Below, piece after piece: positions 35,334 to 44,972 of a stretch of 64,000 bases of DNA. Source of the stretch: Gammaproteobacteria bacterium (lineage in GTDB: Bacteria; Pseudomonadota; Gammaproteobacteria; BMS3Bbin11); assembly GCA_013150915.1 (NCBI GenBank), contig JAADJE010000031.1, positions 11,139 to 75,138 of the forward strand, in the 5' to 3' direction. Under the pieces are notes generated by a model. It saw only the letters and a list, made by a program, of their open reading frames with translations. It was not told the origin of the DNA and ran no database searches. A program made the translations under genes and the position numbers. Numbering within the stretch: the stretch's first letter is position 1; every line of letters starts with the position of its first letter.

Positions 35334-36512
35334 ATGGAAGAATTTGCACGCATCAAAAGACTCCCTCCATATGTATTTAATATTGTAAATGCCCTCAAGG
35401 CAGAGGCGAGACAACGAGGTGAGGATATTATTGATTTTGGGATGGGAAACCCTGATCAGCCGACGCCGCAGATTATCGTCGAGAAGCTGTGCGAGGCTGC
35501 CCGTCGACCGGATACACATCGCTACTCCCTCTCCAGGGGTATACCTCGTCTACGTAAAGCTATTTGTGATTGGTATCAACGCAGATATAATGTTGACCTG
35601 GATATGGAAAATGAGGCCATTGTCACCATCGGGTCCAAGGAAGGGCTGGCGCATTTAGCACTGGCTACAGTAGAAGCGGGTGACGCGGTACTGGTGCCAA
35701 ATCCCAGTTATCCAATCCATCCTTACGGGTTTGTCATCGCTGGCGCGGATATCCGTCATGTACCGCTGGTTAAAGACGGTGATTTTTTTGCTGAAATAGA
35801 AAAAGCGATTAAAAATTCCTGGCCAAAACCCAAGATGCTGGTAATCAACTTTCCGGGGAATCCTACTACACAATGTGTTGATCTGGATTTTCTTGCCCGC
35901 GTTGTGGGAATAGCCAAAGAGCACAATATCTGGGTGGTGCATGATGTGGCTTATGCGGATATCGTTTTTGATGGTTATAAGGCCCCCTCGATTCTTCAGG
36001 TGCCCGGTGCCAAAGACGTTGCTGTTGAATTCTTCAGCCTGTCAAAGAGTTATAACATGCCGGGATGGCGGGTTGGTTTTATGGTTGGGAATAATGAACT
36101 GGTCTCAGCTCTGGCAAGAATGAAGTCCTATCTCGATTACGGTATGTTTACACCCATACAGGTTGCGGCGATAGTCGCACTGGAGCAGTGTGATGATGAA
36201 GTGAAAAAAATCCGCGATATGTATCAGCATCGCCGGGATGTGCTATGTGAAGGACTGACTGCTGCCGGTTGGCCAGTGGATAAGCCAAAGGCAACCATGT
36301 TTGTCTGGGCAGAGATACCAGATCAGTATAAAGAGATGGGGTCACTGGAGTTCGCTAAAAAACTCCTGCTGGAAGCGAAAGTGGCTGTTTCTCCGGGTGT
36401 TGGCTTTGGTGAATACGGCGATGATCATGTCCGTTTCAGCCTGATAGAAAATGAACAGCGCACCCGTCAAGCCGTTCGTGGGATACGAGAAATGTTGCGA
36501 AAAGGGGCATAA
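35334..36512 (+). CDS. alanine-synthesising transaminase (AlaA/AlaC-like class I aminotransferase)
   Basis: 392 aa; N-terminal …[36 protein letters not shown]… typical of AlaA-type enzymes, [14 protein letters not shown] lysine motif. Confidence 0.8.
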   Translation: MEEFARIKRLPPYVFNIVNALKAEARQRGEDIIDFGMGNPDQPTPQIIVEKLCEAARRPDTHRYSLSRGIPRLRKAICDWYQRRYNVDLDMENEAIVTIGSKEGLAHLALATVEAGDAVLVPNPSYPIHPYGFVIAGADIRHVPLVKDGDFFAEIEKAIKNSWPKPKMLVINFPGNPTTQCVDLDFLARVVGIAKEHNIWVVHDVAYADIVFDGYKAPSILQVPGAKDVAVEFFSLSKSYNMPGWRVGFMVGNNELVSALARMKSYLDYGMFTPIQVAAIVALEQCDDEVKKIRDMYQHRRDVLCEGLTAAGWPVDKPKATMFVWAEIPDQYKEMGSLEFAKKLLLEAKVAVSPGVGFGEYGDDHVRFSLIENEQRTRQAVRGIREMLRKGA

Positions 36513-36587
36513 TATGATGAGTAGGCAGATCCGCCGGTAGTTATGAAAAATACCTAGAAACAAATCTGGAAATATAGAAGACAATCA

Positions 36588-37904
36588 ATGAAACCTGTAA
36601 ATATTGGCATACTGGGGCTGGGCACTGTCGGTGGTGGAACAGTAAATGTTCTTAATCGTAATGCCGATGAAATTACTCGGCGCGCGGGACGTGAAATACG
36701 GGTCACGATGGCTTCGGTACGCTCACTGGATAAACCACGAATCTGTGATACCAGTTCGATCAAACTGACCACAGACTCATTTGAAATCATTAATCATCCG
36801 GATATCGATGTGGTGGTAGAATTGATCGGTGGTGATACGCTGGCACTGGAGCTGGTTCAAAAAGCCATCACCAATGGCAAGCATGTGGTGACGGCCAATA
36901 AAGCATTAATTGCGGTGCATGGAAACGAGGTTTTTGCTGAAGCGCAGAGGATGGGTGTCACCGTCGCCTTTGAGGCAGCAGTGGCAGGTGGCATACCAAT
37001 CATCAAGGCAGTACGAGAAGGTCTGGCAGGTAATCGCGTGCAATGGTTGGCAGGTATCATCAACGGTACCAGTAATTTTATTCTCACCGAGATGCGTGAC
37101 AAAGGCCGTAGTTTTGAAGATGTACTGGCTGAGGCGCAGAAACTGGGCTACGCAGAAGCTGACCCCACCTTTGATGTGGACGGTATTGATGCCGCACATA
37201 AGCTGACCATACTGGCTTCAATCGCATTTGGTATTCCATTGCAGTTTGACAAAGCCTATATCGAAGGAATCCGATCTCTGACAACACAGGATGTTACCGA
37301 TGCAGCTGATCTGGGTTTCCGACTCAAACTTCTGGGAATAGCAAAACATACAGACAACGGTGTCGAACTTCGCGTTCACCCTACACTGATTCCTGAAAAA
37401 CGCCTGCTCGCAAATGTTGATGGGGTGATGAATGCAATACTGGTGAATGGTGATGCGGTGGGGCCTACGCTGTATTACGGTGCCGGAGCCGGGGCTGACC
37501 CAACGGCATCAGCAGTGGTTGCTGATCTGGTTGACGTTGTACGTGCCCTGACCACTGACCCTGAAAATCGTGTTCCTCACCTGGCCTTTCAGGCTGATGC
37601 GCTGAATGATACGGTAATCCTGCCAATTGAAGAGGTGAGCAGCGCCTGGTTTCTCCGCTTGCAGGCCCAGGATCAGCCCAATGTGTTGGCTAATGTCACT
37701 AAAATACTGGGCGAAAATGCTATAAGCATTGAAGCTATAGTACAGAAAGCACCGCACCAGCAAGGCGCCAATGTACCTATTGTTATTCTAACTCATAGCG
37801 TGTTTGAAAAGGCGATGAATCAGGCGTTAGGCAAGATCAGTAAGTTGCCTGAGATTGAGCCAGATATTACCCGCATTCGAGTAGAGTATCTGGGTTCGGA
37901 TTAG
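36588..37904 (+). CDS. hom: homoserine dehydrogenase
   Basis: 438 aa; NAD-binding GLGTVGG, catalytic domain and C-terminal ACT domain; no thrC follows. Confidence 0.9.
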   Translation: MKPVNIGILGLGTVGGGTVNVLNRNADEITRRAGREIRVTMASVRSLDKPRICDTSSIKLTTDSFEIINHPDIDVVVELIGGDTLALELVQKAITNGKHVVTANKALIAVHGNEVFAEAQRMGVTVAFEAAVAGGIPIIKAVREGLAGNRVQWLAGIINGTSNFILTEMRDKGRSFEDVLAEAQKLGYAEADPTFDVDGIDAAHKLTILASIAFGIPLQFDKAYIEGIRSLTTQDVTDAADLGFRLKLLGIAKHTDNGVELRVHPTLIPEKRLLANVDGVMNAILVNGDAVGPTLYYGAGAGADPTASAVVADLVDVVRALTTDPENRVPHLAFQADALNDTVILPIEEVSSAWFLRLQAQDQPNVLANVTKILGENAISIEAIVQKAPHQQGANVPIVILTHSVFEKAMNQALGKISKLPEIEPDITRIRVEYLGSD

Positions 37905-38202
37905 TTAAGGCAGGAGCGTCGTCTCATCCGGCACCGGTTCCTGGCCAAGGTCAATACCAACAAATGAACAGATCGCCCTGGAACCATATAAGGCTTCTTC
38001 TGCTACAGGGTCGAATAAAGCAAACCAGTGCTGAAGAAAATGAATACGACGCATTCTTTCAAGACCCACTGTCTACCTGCTTGATGACCTGACACAGTTC
38101 TTTTCGGGGAGTGATCTGTTCCCTGTCTTTGAGAAATAGTTCTTTATGTGTTGGTTTGCAGTATTCCTCAAACCCATCGGTATTTTGGGATTGTTGGCGC
38201 AT
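37905..38202 (-). mobile_element. IS5-family transposase pseudogene fragment (N-terminal ~115 codons, internal stop plus frameshift)
   Basis: Minus-strand translation from ATG 38202: MRQQSQNTDGFEEYCKPTHKELFLKDREQITPRKELCQVIKQVDSGS*, then in the +1 frame RMRRIHFLQHWFALFDPVAEEALYGSRAICSFVGIDLGQEPVPDETTLLP*. Collinear with E. coli IS5 InsH residues ~30-115 (…EIFLSRMEQILPW…[24 protein letters not shown]…LPDRTTIMNF…). Truncated directly against the hom stop codon. Confidence 0.7.
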
Positions 38203-38335
38203 GGTTATTTCGCTGTCTGTTGGGATAGCGTATTATCGCATTTAATCGGAATTAATCAGAGATTCCTTAGCTTTATCTCCCGTTTCGCCCTTCTGATACT
38301 TATTTCTCTTTTTTAATTTTCAGGAGGATACAATT

Positions 38336-38611
38336 TTGAAAAAAATTTTTGTCGGTGGTTTACCACCGGATGCCGACGAAACAAGTGTTACGGAACTTTT
38401 CTCGAAATATGGCAAGGTTCGTTCCATTAAGTTGGTGACAGACGTATTTTCTGGTCGCTGTCGTGGTTTTGGTTTTGTTGAAATGGAAGGGCATGAAGCA
38501 CGTGCCGCCATTGAGGCACTTGATGGTCGGATACACAATAACACTCCGCTTAAAGTCTGTTTTGAAGACACCACACGCCGTAAAGGTAAAGGACGTGGAC
38601 GTCGTCGCTAG
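38336..38611 (+). CDS. RNA-binding protein with single RRM domain and Arg/Gly-rich tail
   Basis: TTG start 8 nt after GGAGGA; RNP2 IFVGGL and RNP1 RGFGFVEM motifs; C-terminal RRKGKGRGRRR. Confidence 0.75.
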   Translation: MKKIFVGGLPPDADETSVTELFSKYGKVRSIKLVTDVFSGRCRGFGFVEMEGHEARAAIEALDGRIHNNTPLKVCFEDTTRRKGKGRGRRR

Positions 38612-38976
38612 TATTATTCATTACAACCCACTCGATTTTCATCCGAACCTCTGTCGAACAGAACAACCCTATAAGGCTACTCATTATTTATTGGATACAG
38701 ACAGGCACATCAATGTGTCCGTCCACTGCCCTGTGTGATACGGCCAGTTTTACGTTACCCTTATGTGCAGCGGCTATACCGTCGAGCACGATCACCGTTA
38801 TGTCCGAGCGCTGATTATTACCCCGACCCGCAGGTTTAGTGATTGCGGCAAGGTGTGGAAGTACCTGCTTTGTCGGCAAGTCAGTTTAATGAATGTTTGA
38901 GATTATTTCGTCACTTCATACCTCGAAATGACGAATGATCAGAAGCTCCCTGGGTTTTACAACAACCGTAAACCGA

Positions 38977-39609
38977 TCACTTACTCTCGAGATTTTCTAA
39001 CTGCCTGTCATGGATATTCGATAATAGAGACAACGCGGTGATGGCGCCGACCAATGCTAAAAACATATCCCACTGTGTATCCCAGATGTCGCCTTGTGTG
39101 GACAGAAAGGCATCGGCTTTCCCACCGTACTGTAGAGCGGCCCACCATTCGATCAGTTCGTAGAAGGCACTAATGGCCAGGCTGATCGAGGCAACAATGA
39201 AAAAGAGCATTTTCCCTGGTAACAGGGTTGTTTTTCTGAGTAATATTTCTCGTGCAAGGATGGCTGGCACAAAGCCCTGAGCAAAATGGCCGAGGCGGTC
39301 GTAATGGTTACGCTCTAGATCAAAAGCCTCCTGAAACCAGATCCCGACAGGGACATCGGCGTAGGTATAGTGACCACCAACCATCAGGATTAGCCCGTGA
39401 AAAAATATTAGAAGATACAATAAGCGGGTGAGTGGGAAACTTTGCCAGGTATAGGTCAGTATGGGCAGTGCAATCAGTACTGGTAAAACTTCCATAAACC
39501 AGGTTGTTCGGTCTTTCGGCGCGATATTTGACCAAAGTAAAATGATCAACGTTGCTGTCAGTAACAGGACCAGAAAACGAGCATTGCTATCAGCCTCCTT
39601 CGCCATCAA
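38977..39609 (-). CDS. integral membrane protein, possibly DUF2238/YjdF-like
   Basis: 210 aa, ~6 TM helices; family assignment from memory only. Confidence 0.5.
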   Translation of the reverse strand: MMAKEADSNARFLVLLLTATLIILLWSNIAPKDRTTWFMEVLPVLIALPILTYTWQSFPLTRLLYLLIFFHGLILMVGGHYTYADVPVGIWFQEAFDLERNHYDRLGHFAQGFVPAILAREILLRKTTLLPGKMLFFIVASISLAISAFYELIEWWAALQYGGKADAFLSTQGDIWDTQWDMFLALVGAITALSLLSNIHDRQLENLESK

Positions 39610-39637
39610 CGTAACTTTTGACAGACGGCTGATGTGC

Positions 39638-40120
39638 TTAGTCCCGGAAATTATTGAACTGGAGTGGAACGTCGAAGCTTTGTTCTTTTAACAAAGCTAT
39701 CACGGCCTGTAAATCATCTCGTTTCTTGCCGGTAATACGGATTTTTTCACCCTGTATGGTGGCCTGTACTTTCATTTTTTTATCTTTGACAGTTTTAACG
39801 ATTTTCTTGGCTGTTTTCTGATCCACACCCTCTTTCAGGGTGATGTTCTGTCGGGTATGCCGTCCACGCTGTTCGGGCTCTCCCACATCGAGGCAGGCGA
39901 TGTCAATGCCCCTTTTAACGAGTTTATTATGAAGGATATCCAGCATCTGTTGCAGTTGAAAATCGTTATCTGATTCCAGCAGGATATTTTGCCCATCTAG
40001 GCTAAAACTCGCATTGCCACCACGAAAGTCAAAGCGGGTGTCTATTTCACGGTTGGCCTGGTCAATGGCATTCGATGCTTCGTGTGAATCATATTCAGAA
40101 ACAATGTCGAAAGTAGGCAT
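39638..40120 (-). CDS. yajQ: YajQ-family nucleotide/cyclic-di-GMP-binding protein (UPF0234)
   Basis: 160 aa from MPTFDIVSEYD…; collinear with E. coli YajQ (…FDFRGG…ASFSLDG… tandem ferredoxin-like halves). Confidence 0.85.
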   Translation of the reverse strand: MPTFDIVSEYDSHEASNAIDQANREIDTRFDFRGGNASFSLDGQNILLESDNDFQLQQMLDILHNKLVKRGIDIACLDVGEPEQRGRHTRQNITLKEGVDQKTAKKIVKTVKDKKMKVQATIQGEKIRITGKKRDDLQAVIALLKEQSFDVPLQFNNFRD

Positions 40121-40295
40121 TTTTCCTCCATTCGCAGAGAGTATCATAGGCACGTAGAATCATAGCATTTATCCAGGTGATCTTCCTCATGAAATGTAGG
40201 TGATCTGACGATCTTTATCTTTCCAATATTGAGGCGGTCGAGTATAGTATGGACTCTATTCTGTCCTTGCAGCGGCGATAATAATAATCGTAAAA

Positions 40296-42422
40296 ATGCT
40301 CCACCCATACAGCCCATTTTGCACCCAACCTCGTTATCTTTCATGTCGCTTCATTATTATTTTTAATGAATACGTTAGATTCTTAGCCCCTGTTTTACTC
40401 CTATTGTGGGTTTTTCCACAGGCGGCGAGTGCTGACCACCTGTTGGGACAGTATGATTTACAATGCGATAAGATATTCCCCTGCCCGGACGAGTTGAAGC
40501 CCCGTGTCTCTTTCTGGGTCGATGTGTTTACGAAATACGGAGATGACACCATTGTGTTGCATGATTCACATAATCCGCATCGTGTTTACAAGGTAATCAA
40601 GACAAAAGCCCAATGTTCGCGCCGGCGCGAACCGCGCCTAATAAGAAATGCAAAAAGTAAGTTACGAAAGCAGCTTTTGCAGATTGCTGATAAACGCGCT
40701 AAAGGCGTAAGGGCATTCAGCGGCGAGAAAAAACACCTTGCTGAACTTCTCAAAGATGAGAAACCGTCAGAAATACGTAAGGCCGCAAGACGAATAAGAT
40801 GCCAGGGCGGGGTGGCTGACCAGTTTCATGCAGCTCTCGGGCGACACGATAAATATGGGCCGATGGTCGTTAAAACCCTGAAGCAGGTCGGTCTGCCAAC
40901 AGACATCCAGTACCTCCCTTTTGTTGAGTCCTCCTACCGGCCGACAGCCTATTCCAGGGTTGGGGCGGCTGGCATGTGGCAGATTATGCCACGTACGGCA
41001 CGTATTTTAGGTTTGAGGATTTCTTCCACTGTTGATGAACGACTCGACCCAGTACTCGCCTCTAGTGCGGCGGCGCGTTATTTTCTCAAAAGCAGGAAGA
41101 AGTTGGGTGACAAGGCGCGCAGTATTAAGTCTTCGAAAAAACACAGCCTGTATCCTTATGTTATCACCTCTTACAATTATGGTGCTGCAGGCATGTTACG
41201 GGCCATGGACAAGGTGGGTGTGGATTACATGGACGTACTGAACAAATATAAAGCCCGCGGGTTTCGGATGGCGGTGAAAAATTTTTATTCCAGCTTTCTT
41301 GCCGCACGGCACGTCGCTCAGAACGTGGACAAATATTATCCCAATCACAGGGTAAGACAGCCGCTAGAAATGGATGTGGTAACAATCAAAACACCGGTTT
41401 CAACTGACCGGTTGATGACTACCTTTTCAGTTTCAGAGGGCACACTGAAAAAATATAATCCCTCATTGATGCGCCTGGTGTGGTCGGGTCGGCGGTTTGT
41501 ACCTAAGGGTTACAAGCTCAAGTTACCCAAAGCTAGAGGTGGACGCAGTGAACAGGTGGCGAAATTGAACGCATTGCAGCCGGAGAAACCAAAATATGCA
41601 GAATACTCCTACCGGGTACGACGGGGGGATACGGCTTGTGATATCGCGAGAAAGGAGGCAGTTTCCTGTCGTGAACTTATTCTGCTGAATAACCTGGGTC
41701 GTCGTGCCTTTATACGTGCGGGACAGATTATTATTATCCCCGGTATGCCGACAAAAGTGGCTAAAAAGAAGGCCAGAAAGCCGGCAAAGAAGGCTGTGAG
41801 AAAGCTTAAGAAACAACCGGCTAAAGTTGTGCTTGCAAGAAATAAAATCAGTATAGAGCCAGAGAAACAAACAAAGAAAAGACAGCTGGCTGTGGTTGCA
41901 ATCAGTCCCAACCCACACAAACCAGAACCGGTGATCAAGTCTATCCCCGATATCCCTGAATCAATCTTTGGTGTGGGTGATGACCTGTTAATCCAGCTGT
42001 CCAAGAAAGCCGGTAAAATCCGCTACTCAATTGTCGTTGAACCGGATGAGGCACTGGGTCTTTTTGCCAACTGGATGGGTATAAGATATACCAGTCGTAT
42101 CCGAAAAATGAATAACATAAAAAAATCACGCAAAGTCCGTATAGGCAAGGTAATTTATTTACCGATTAGAAACACCGCACAACGGGAAAAATTTGATCAG
42201 CAACGTCTGGATTATCACCGTGAATTGCAGGATGAATTTAGATTACGCTTTAAGATTGTCGGTGTTGAAACGTACAGGATTCACTTCGGTGATAATGCGT
42301 GGAACATTTCTATCAAGCAACGCGTTCCGCTGTGGCTACTGAAGCGCTACAACCCGAAGTTATTCACTATGCAATCGCGACCGGGGGATGTGATAAACCT
42401 GCCGGTTATAGAGGCGTCGTAA
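40296..42422 (+). CDS. mltD: membrane-bound lytic murein transglycosylase D-like protein (SLT domain plus two LysM domains), with long N-terminal extension and Lys-rich linker
   Basis: SLT catalytic motif LPFVESSYRP…AAGMWQIMPRTAR, family-1 motifs SYNYGAAG; two C-terminal LysM-like segments separated by a KKKARKPAKKAVRKLKK linker; start codon uncertain. Confidence 0.8.
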   Translation: MLHPYSPFCTQPRYLSCRFIIIFNEYVRFLAPVLLLLWVFPQAASADHLLGQYDLQCDKIFPCPDELKPRVSFWVDVFTKYGDDTIVLHDSHNPHRVYKVIKTKAQCSRRREPRLIRNAKSKLRKQLLQIADKRAKGVRAFSGEKKHLAELLKDEKPSEIRKAARRIRCQGGVADQFHAALGRHDKYGPMVVKTLKQVGLPTDIQYLPFVESSYRPTAYSRVGAAGMWQIMPRTARILGLRISSTVDERLDPVLASSAAARYFLKSRKKLGDKARSIKSSKKHSLYPYVITSYNYGAAGMLRAMDKVGVDYMDVLNKYKARGFRMAVKNFYSSFLAARHVAQNVDKYYPNHRVRQPLEMDVVTIKTPVSTDRLMTTFSVSEGTLKKYNPSLMRLVWSGRRFVPKGYKLKLPKARGGRSEQVAKLNALQPEKPKYAEYSYRVRRGDTACDIARKEAVSCRELILLNNLGRRAFIRAGQIIIIPGMPTKVAKKKARKPAKKAVRKLKKQPAKVVLARNKISIEPEKQTKKRQLAVVAISPNPHKPEPVIKSIPDIPESIFGVGDDLLIQLSKKAGKIRYSIVVEPDEALGLFANWMGIRYTSRIRKMNNIKKSRKVRIGKVIYLPIRNTAQREKFDQQRLDYHRELQDEFRLRFKIVGVETYRIHFGDNAWNISIKQRVPLWLLKRYNPKLFTMQSRPGDVINLPVIEAS

Positions 42423-42446
42423 GTCAAAATCATAAAGACCCAGGAC

Positions 42447-42752
42447 CTAAGACTGAATTTTTATTATATCTTCCGCAATAAACTCATCAAGTACGCGGTA
42501 AACATCTTTTGAAATGATATCACGGGCATCGGGGTAGCTTTCCTCAAGTAGATCGATTATTTCCCTGACTGAGAATTCCCCGTTACACAAAGACCATACC
42601 AGAGAGCTGGAGTCATTGAGTTTGATTAGTGTTTTGCCTTCACTGTTTTCCAGATACAGACAGCAGGGCAGACGTCTGATTTTATGGGTATCATCCCGTA
42701 TGGGCAGGCTGTCATCGGGTAGTTGTGGGTGTACGTCGAGGCTCATGATCAA
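42447..42752 (-). CDS. PqqD-family protein (RiPP recognition element-like small chaperone)
   Basis: 101 aa; C-terminal 70 aa fit the PqqD/RRE pattern (…LIKLNDSSSLVWSLCNGEFSVREIIDLLEESYPDARDIISKDVYRVLDEFIAEDII…). Confidence 0.7.
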   Translation of the reverse strand: MIMSLDVHPQLPDDSLPIRDDTHKIRRLPCCLYLENSEGKTLIKLNDSSSLVWSLCNGEFSVREIIDLLEESYPDARDIISKDVYRVLDEFIAEDIIKIQS

Positions 42753-42813
42753 TTTTGGGCTGCAATAAATGAGGTGAGAAAATACACGTATACTTAGTGT
42801 GCTGCAAGTGGAT

Positions 42814-43476
42814 TCAGGGAATGTTTTTGATCAGAAGAAAAACCCGTTCATCAAGTCGACTAAGTCCTTTTGCCTGAAATCGTGGTTCATTGGCCAGGCA
42901 GTCTTCTGCGATTATTGATTCAACGATAAATTGCTGCCCAAATAACTGTTTAACATCAGCTTCACCGACAGAAAAAGGTGGGCCGTTCATTTCCTGTTGT
43001 GGGTAGTCGAGTGTGATTAACAAGGAACGTGCTGTGTCCGGTATCAGGCGCGCCAGCTGCGTCACATAGTCGGGCCGTATGTCCTGCGGCAGAGCAATTA
43101 AGGATGCGCGGTCATACACGGCATCAATATGCGGTAGGTCAGCTGAATGGATGTTGAAGAAGTCTGCGCAGAGGATGTTTATGCTGTCCGATTGATACAT
43201 CAGTCCCCATTCGTATTCACTGATGTCATGTTCTATATTATTTTCGGCAAAGAAGGCATCAACGGCAACTGGGCTGATCTCTATGCCGGTGACCCGAAAA
43301 TTCTGTTCGCATAACCAGATCATGTCGAGGGATTTGCCACAGAGGGGGACGAGAATATGATCGCCCGGCCCTATGCCCAGGAGATCTATAAATCGTGTCA
43401 TGTGGGCATTGTACTCGTGTCGATGGAAGCCGATCTCTCCGGCTTGCCAGCGTTGAAGCCAAAAGTCTGCTTGCAT
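42814..43476 (-). CDS. tpm: thiopurine S-methyltransferase family protein (Tpm)
   Basis: 220 aa; TPMT signature …FWLQRWQAGEIGFH…ILVPLCGKSLDMIWL…GIEISPVAV…FF…. Confidence 0.8.
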   Translation of the reverse strand: MQADFWLQRWQAGEIGFHRHEYNAHMTRFIDLLGIGPGDHILVPLCGKSLDMIWLCEQNFRVTGIEISPVAVDAFFAENNIEHDISEYEWGLMYQSDSINILCADFFNIHSADLPHIDAVYDRASLIALPQDIRPDYVTQLARLIPDTARSLLITLDYPQQEMNGPPFSVGEADVKQLFGQQFIVESIIAEDCLANEPRFQAKGLSRLDERVFLLIKNIP

Positions 43477-43665
43477 AGGGGCGCACTCCAGTGTCGTGTT
43501 TATGGTAACACCAATCTCACAGGGTCTTTAAATCCCACGGTGGTCAATTGAGAAAAATCTGCAGGTTCAAATTTATTCAAACATGATTTTGAGTCCGTTG
43601 ATTTATTGCGGCGCGGATGAATTTGCCCCTACATGTAAACGTCCTTTTCCCTCAGTAGTGGTTAA

Positions 43666-44619
43666 TTATTTCCAGGCATTTCTCATCATGGCGATGCCAT
43701 GTGCGCCATGTGATTGCATTTCTGTAAGGTGATCATCAGTCATACCACCCAGGGCATATACTGGAATCGGGTATTCAGCAATTATTTTACTCATGCCGGT
43801 AATCCCTATGGGCATTGCATCGGGGTGTGATGCCGTTTTTAATATCGGTGACAGTACTACGAAATCCAGTTCGAGTTTAACTGCCTGGTTCAACTCCGCT
43901 AGATTATGACAGGATCCAGCTACAAGCTCAAAATCCGGGCGTTGATCGAGCTTCATTAAGTGGAGACTGGTCAAATGGATACCGGAAAAATATTTTCTTT
44001 GTGCGACAGGTATTGCAGAATTAATCAGGGTGGTCACGCCTGCAGGTTCAGTAACAGACAGTACTCGATCCACCAGTTGTTCCAGTTGACAGGGAGGCAT
44101 GTTTTTCTCACGTATTTGTAACATGCGCAGACCATTTTCAATTGCCTTAGGTAAATACCCCATAAATTTTTCTTCACCGATTTCGCCCGCACAGGATATG
44201 GCGTAGGTGTTGGGCAGCAGTAAGGCACGAATGATCGCTTCATTGGCTGCCAGCAGTGGGGATATTGTTAGTTGTGAAAGGTTCTGCCAGGAAAGTCTCT
44301 GACCCTCTTCACCGTGCTCATGACCTGTCCAGGCCGTGACGATGAAGAAGTGCAGTAACACTGATGCATGCGGATAGCTGTGGGCCAGGGTAACCCAGGG
44401 CCTGGCTTCTGTGATACTAATCGCCAATTCTTCCCTGATTTCCCTGTCCAGTGCCTGACGGGCCGATTCACCCGCTTCGATTTTTCCACCAGGGAATTCC
44501 CATTCTCCCGCACAGGCTTTTCCTGAAGGTCTTTCAGCGAACAGTACCTTGCCATCTCCACGTTTGATAATGGCAACGGCAACATCTTTGCACAATGGAG
44601 TATTCGTTACAGCAGCCAT
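43666..44619 (-). CDS. mutT: Nudix hydrolase (MutT-like 8-oxo-dGTP diphosphatase) fused to a thiamine-phosphate-synthase (ThiE/TenI)-like domain
   Basis: N-terminal Nudix box GEWEFPGGKIEAGESARQALDREIREELAI; C-terminal ~190 aa TIM-barrel ThiE-like (…LQIREKN…, …ALGGM… motifs); same fusion as in pseudomonad MutT. Confidence 0.8.
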   Translation of the reverse strand: MAAVTNTPLCKDVAVAIIKRGDGKVLFAERPSGKACAGEWEFPGGKIEAGESARQALDREIREELAISITEARPWVTLAHSYPHASVLLHFFIVTAWTGHEHGEEGQRLSWQNLSQLTISPLLAANEAIIRALLLPNTYAISCAGEIGEEKFMGYLPKAIENGLRMLQIREKNMPPCQLEQLVDRVLSVTEPAGVTTLINSAIPVAQRKYFSGIHLTSLHLMKLDQRPDFELVAGSCHNLAELNQAVKLELDFVVLSPILKTASHPDAMPIGITGMSKIIAEYPIPVYALGGMTDDHLTEMQSHGAHGIAMMRNAWK

Positions 44620-44972
44620 CGTTTGGCACTGTCAAATTCAAGGAAAAATTTTATGTTCATACCCCGGTTATTGGCAGTTGTTTCGAGGAAATGGATATGC
44701 TCAAGGTACTTTGGGTGACAGATAATGGCGATTCGAAGGCTGGATATATCCAGGGTTTTAAAGAAAGTTGCCAGCTTGTATAGATCAAGCACTTCATCCA
44801 GGACGTACTGGCGATGGGTCTCATCGATCAGGATATTTTTATGCCCCTGTCCTTTACATAATTCAGTTATCTCGCGTGCGTAGCGGCTGACTTCATCCAG
44901 ATCATTACTCTTTCCGTGACTTTTAACAAAGAGATATTTTTTCTTATTTTCAATACTGTATTTAATGCTCAT
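44607..44972 (-). CDS. hypothetical protein (121 aa), possible STAS/SpoIIAA-like fold
   Basis: ORF embedded in an overlapping same-strand gene run; no confident family assignment. Confidence 0.4.
   Translation of the reverse strand: MSIKYSIENKKKYLFVKSHGKSNDLDEVSRYAREITELCKGQGHKNILIDETHRQYVLDEVLDLYKLATFFKTLDISSLRIAIICHPKYLEHIHFLETTANNRGMNIKFFLEFDSAKRWLL

Noticed and set aside
38688-38879. 63-aa minus-strand ORF in the RRM-gene/membrane-protein spacer
   Set aside because: No RBS, no recognisable domain, and it sits in a spacer with hairpin-forming repeats. It is more likely non-coding.
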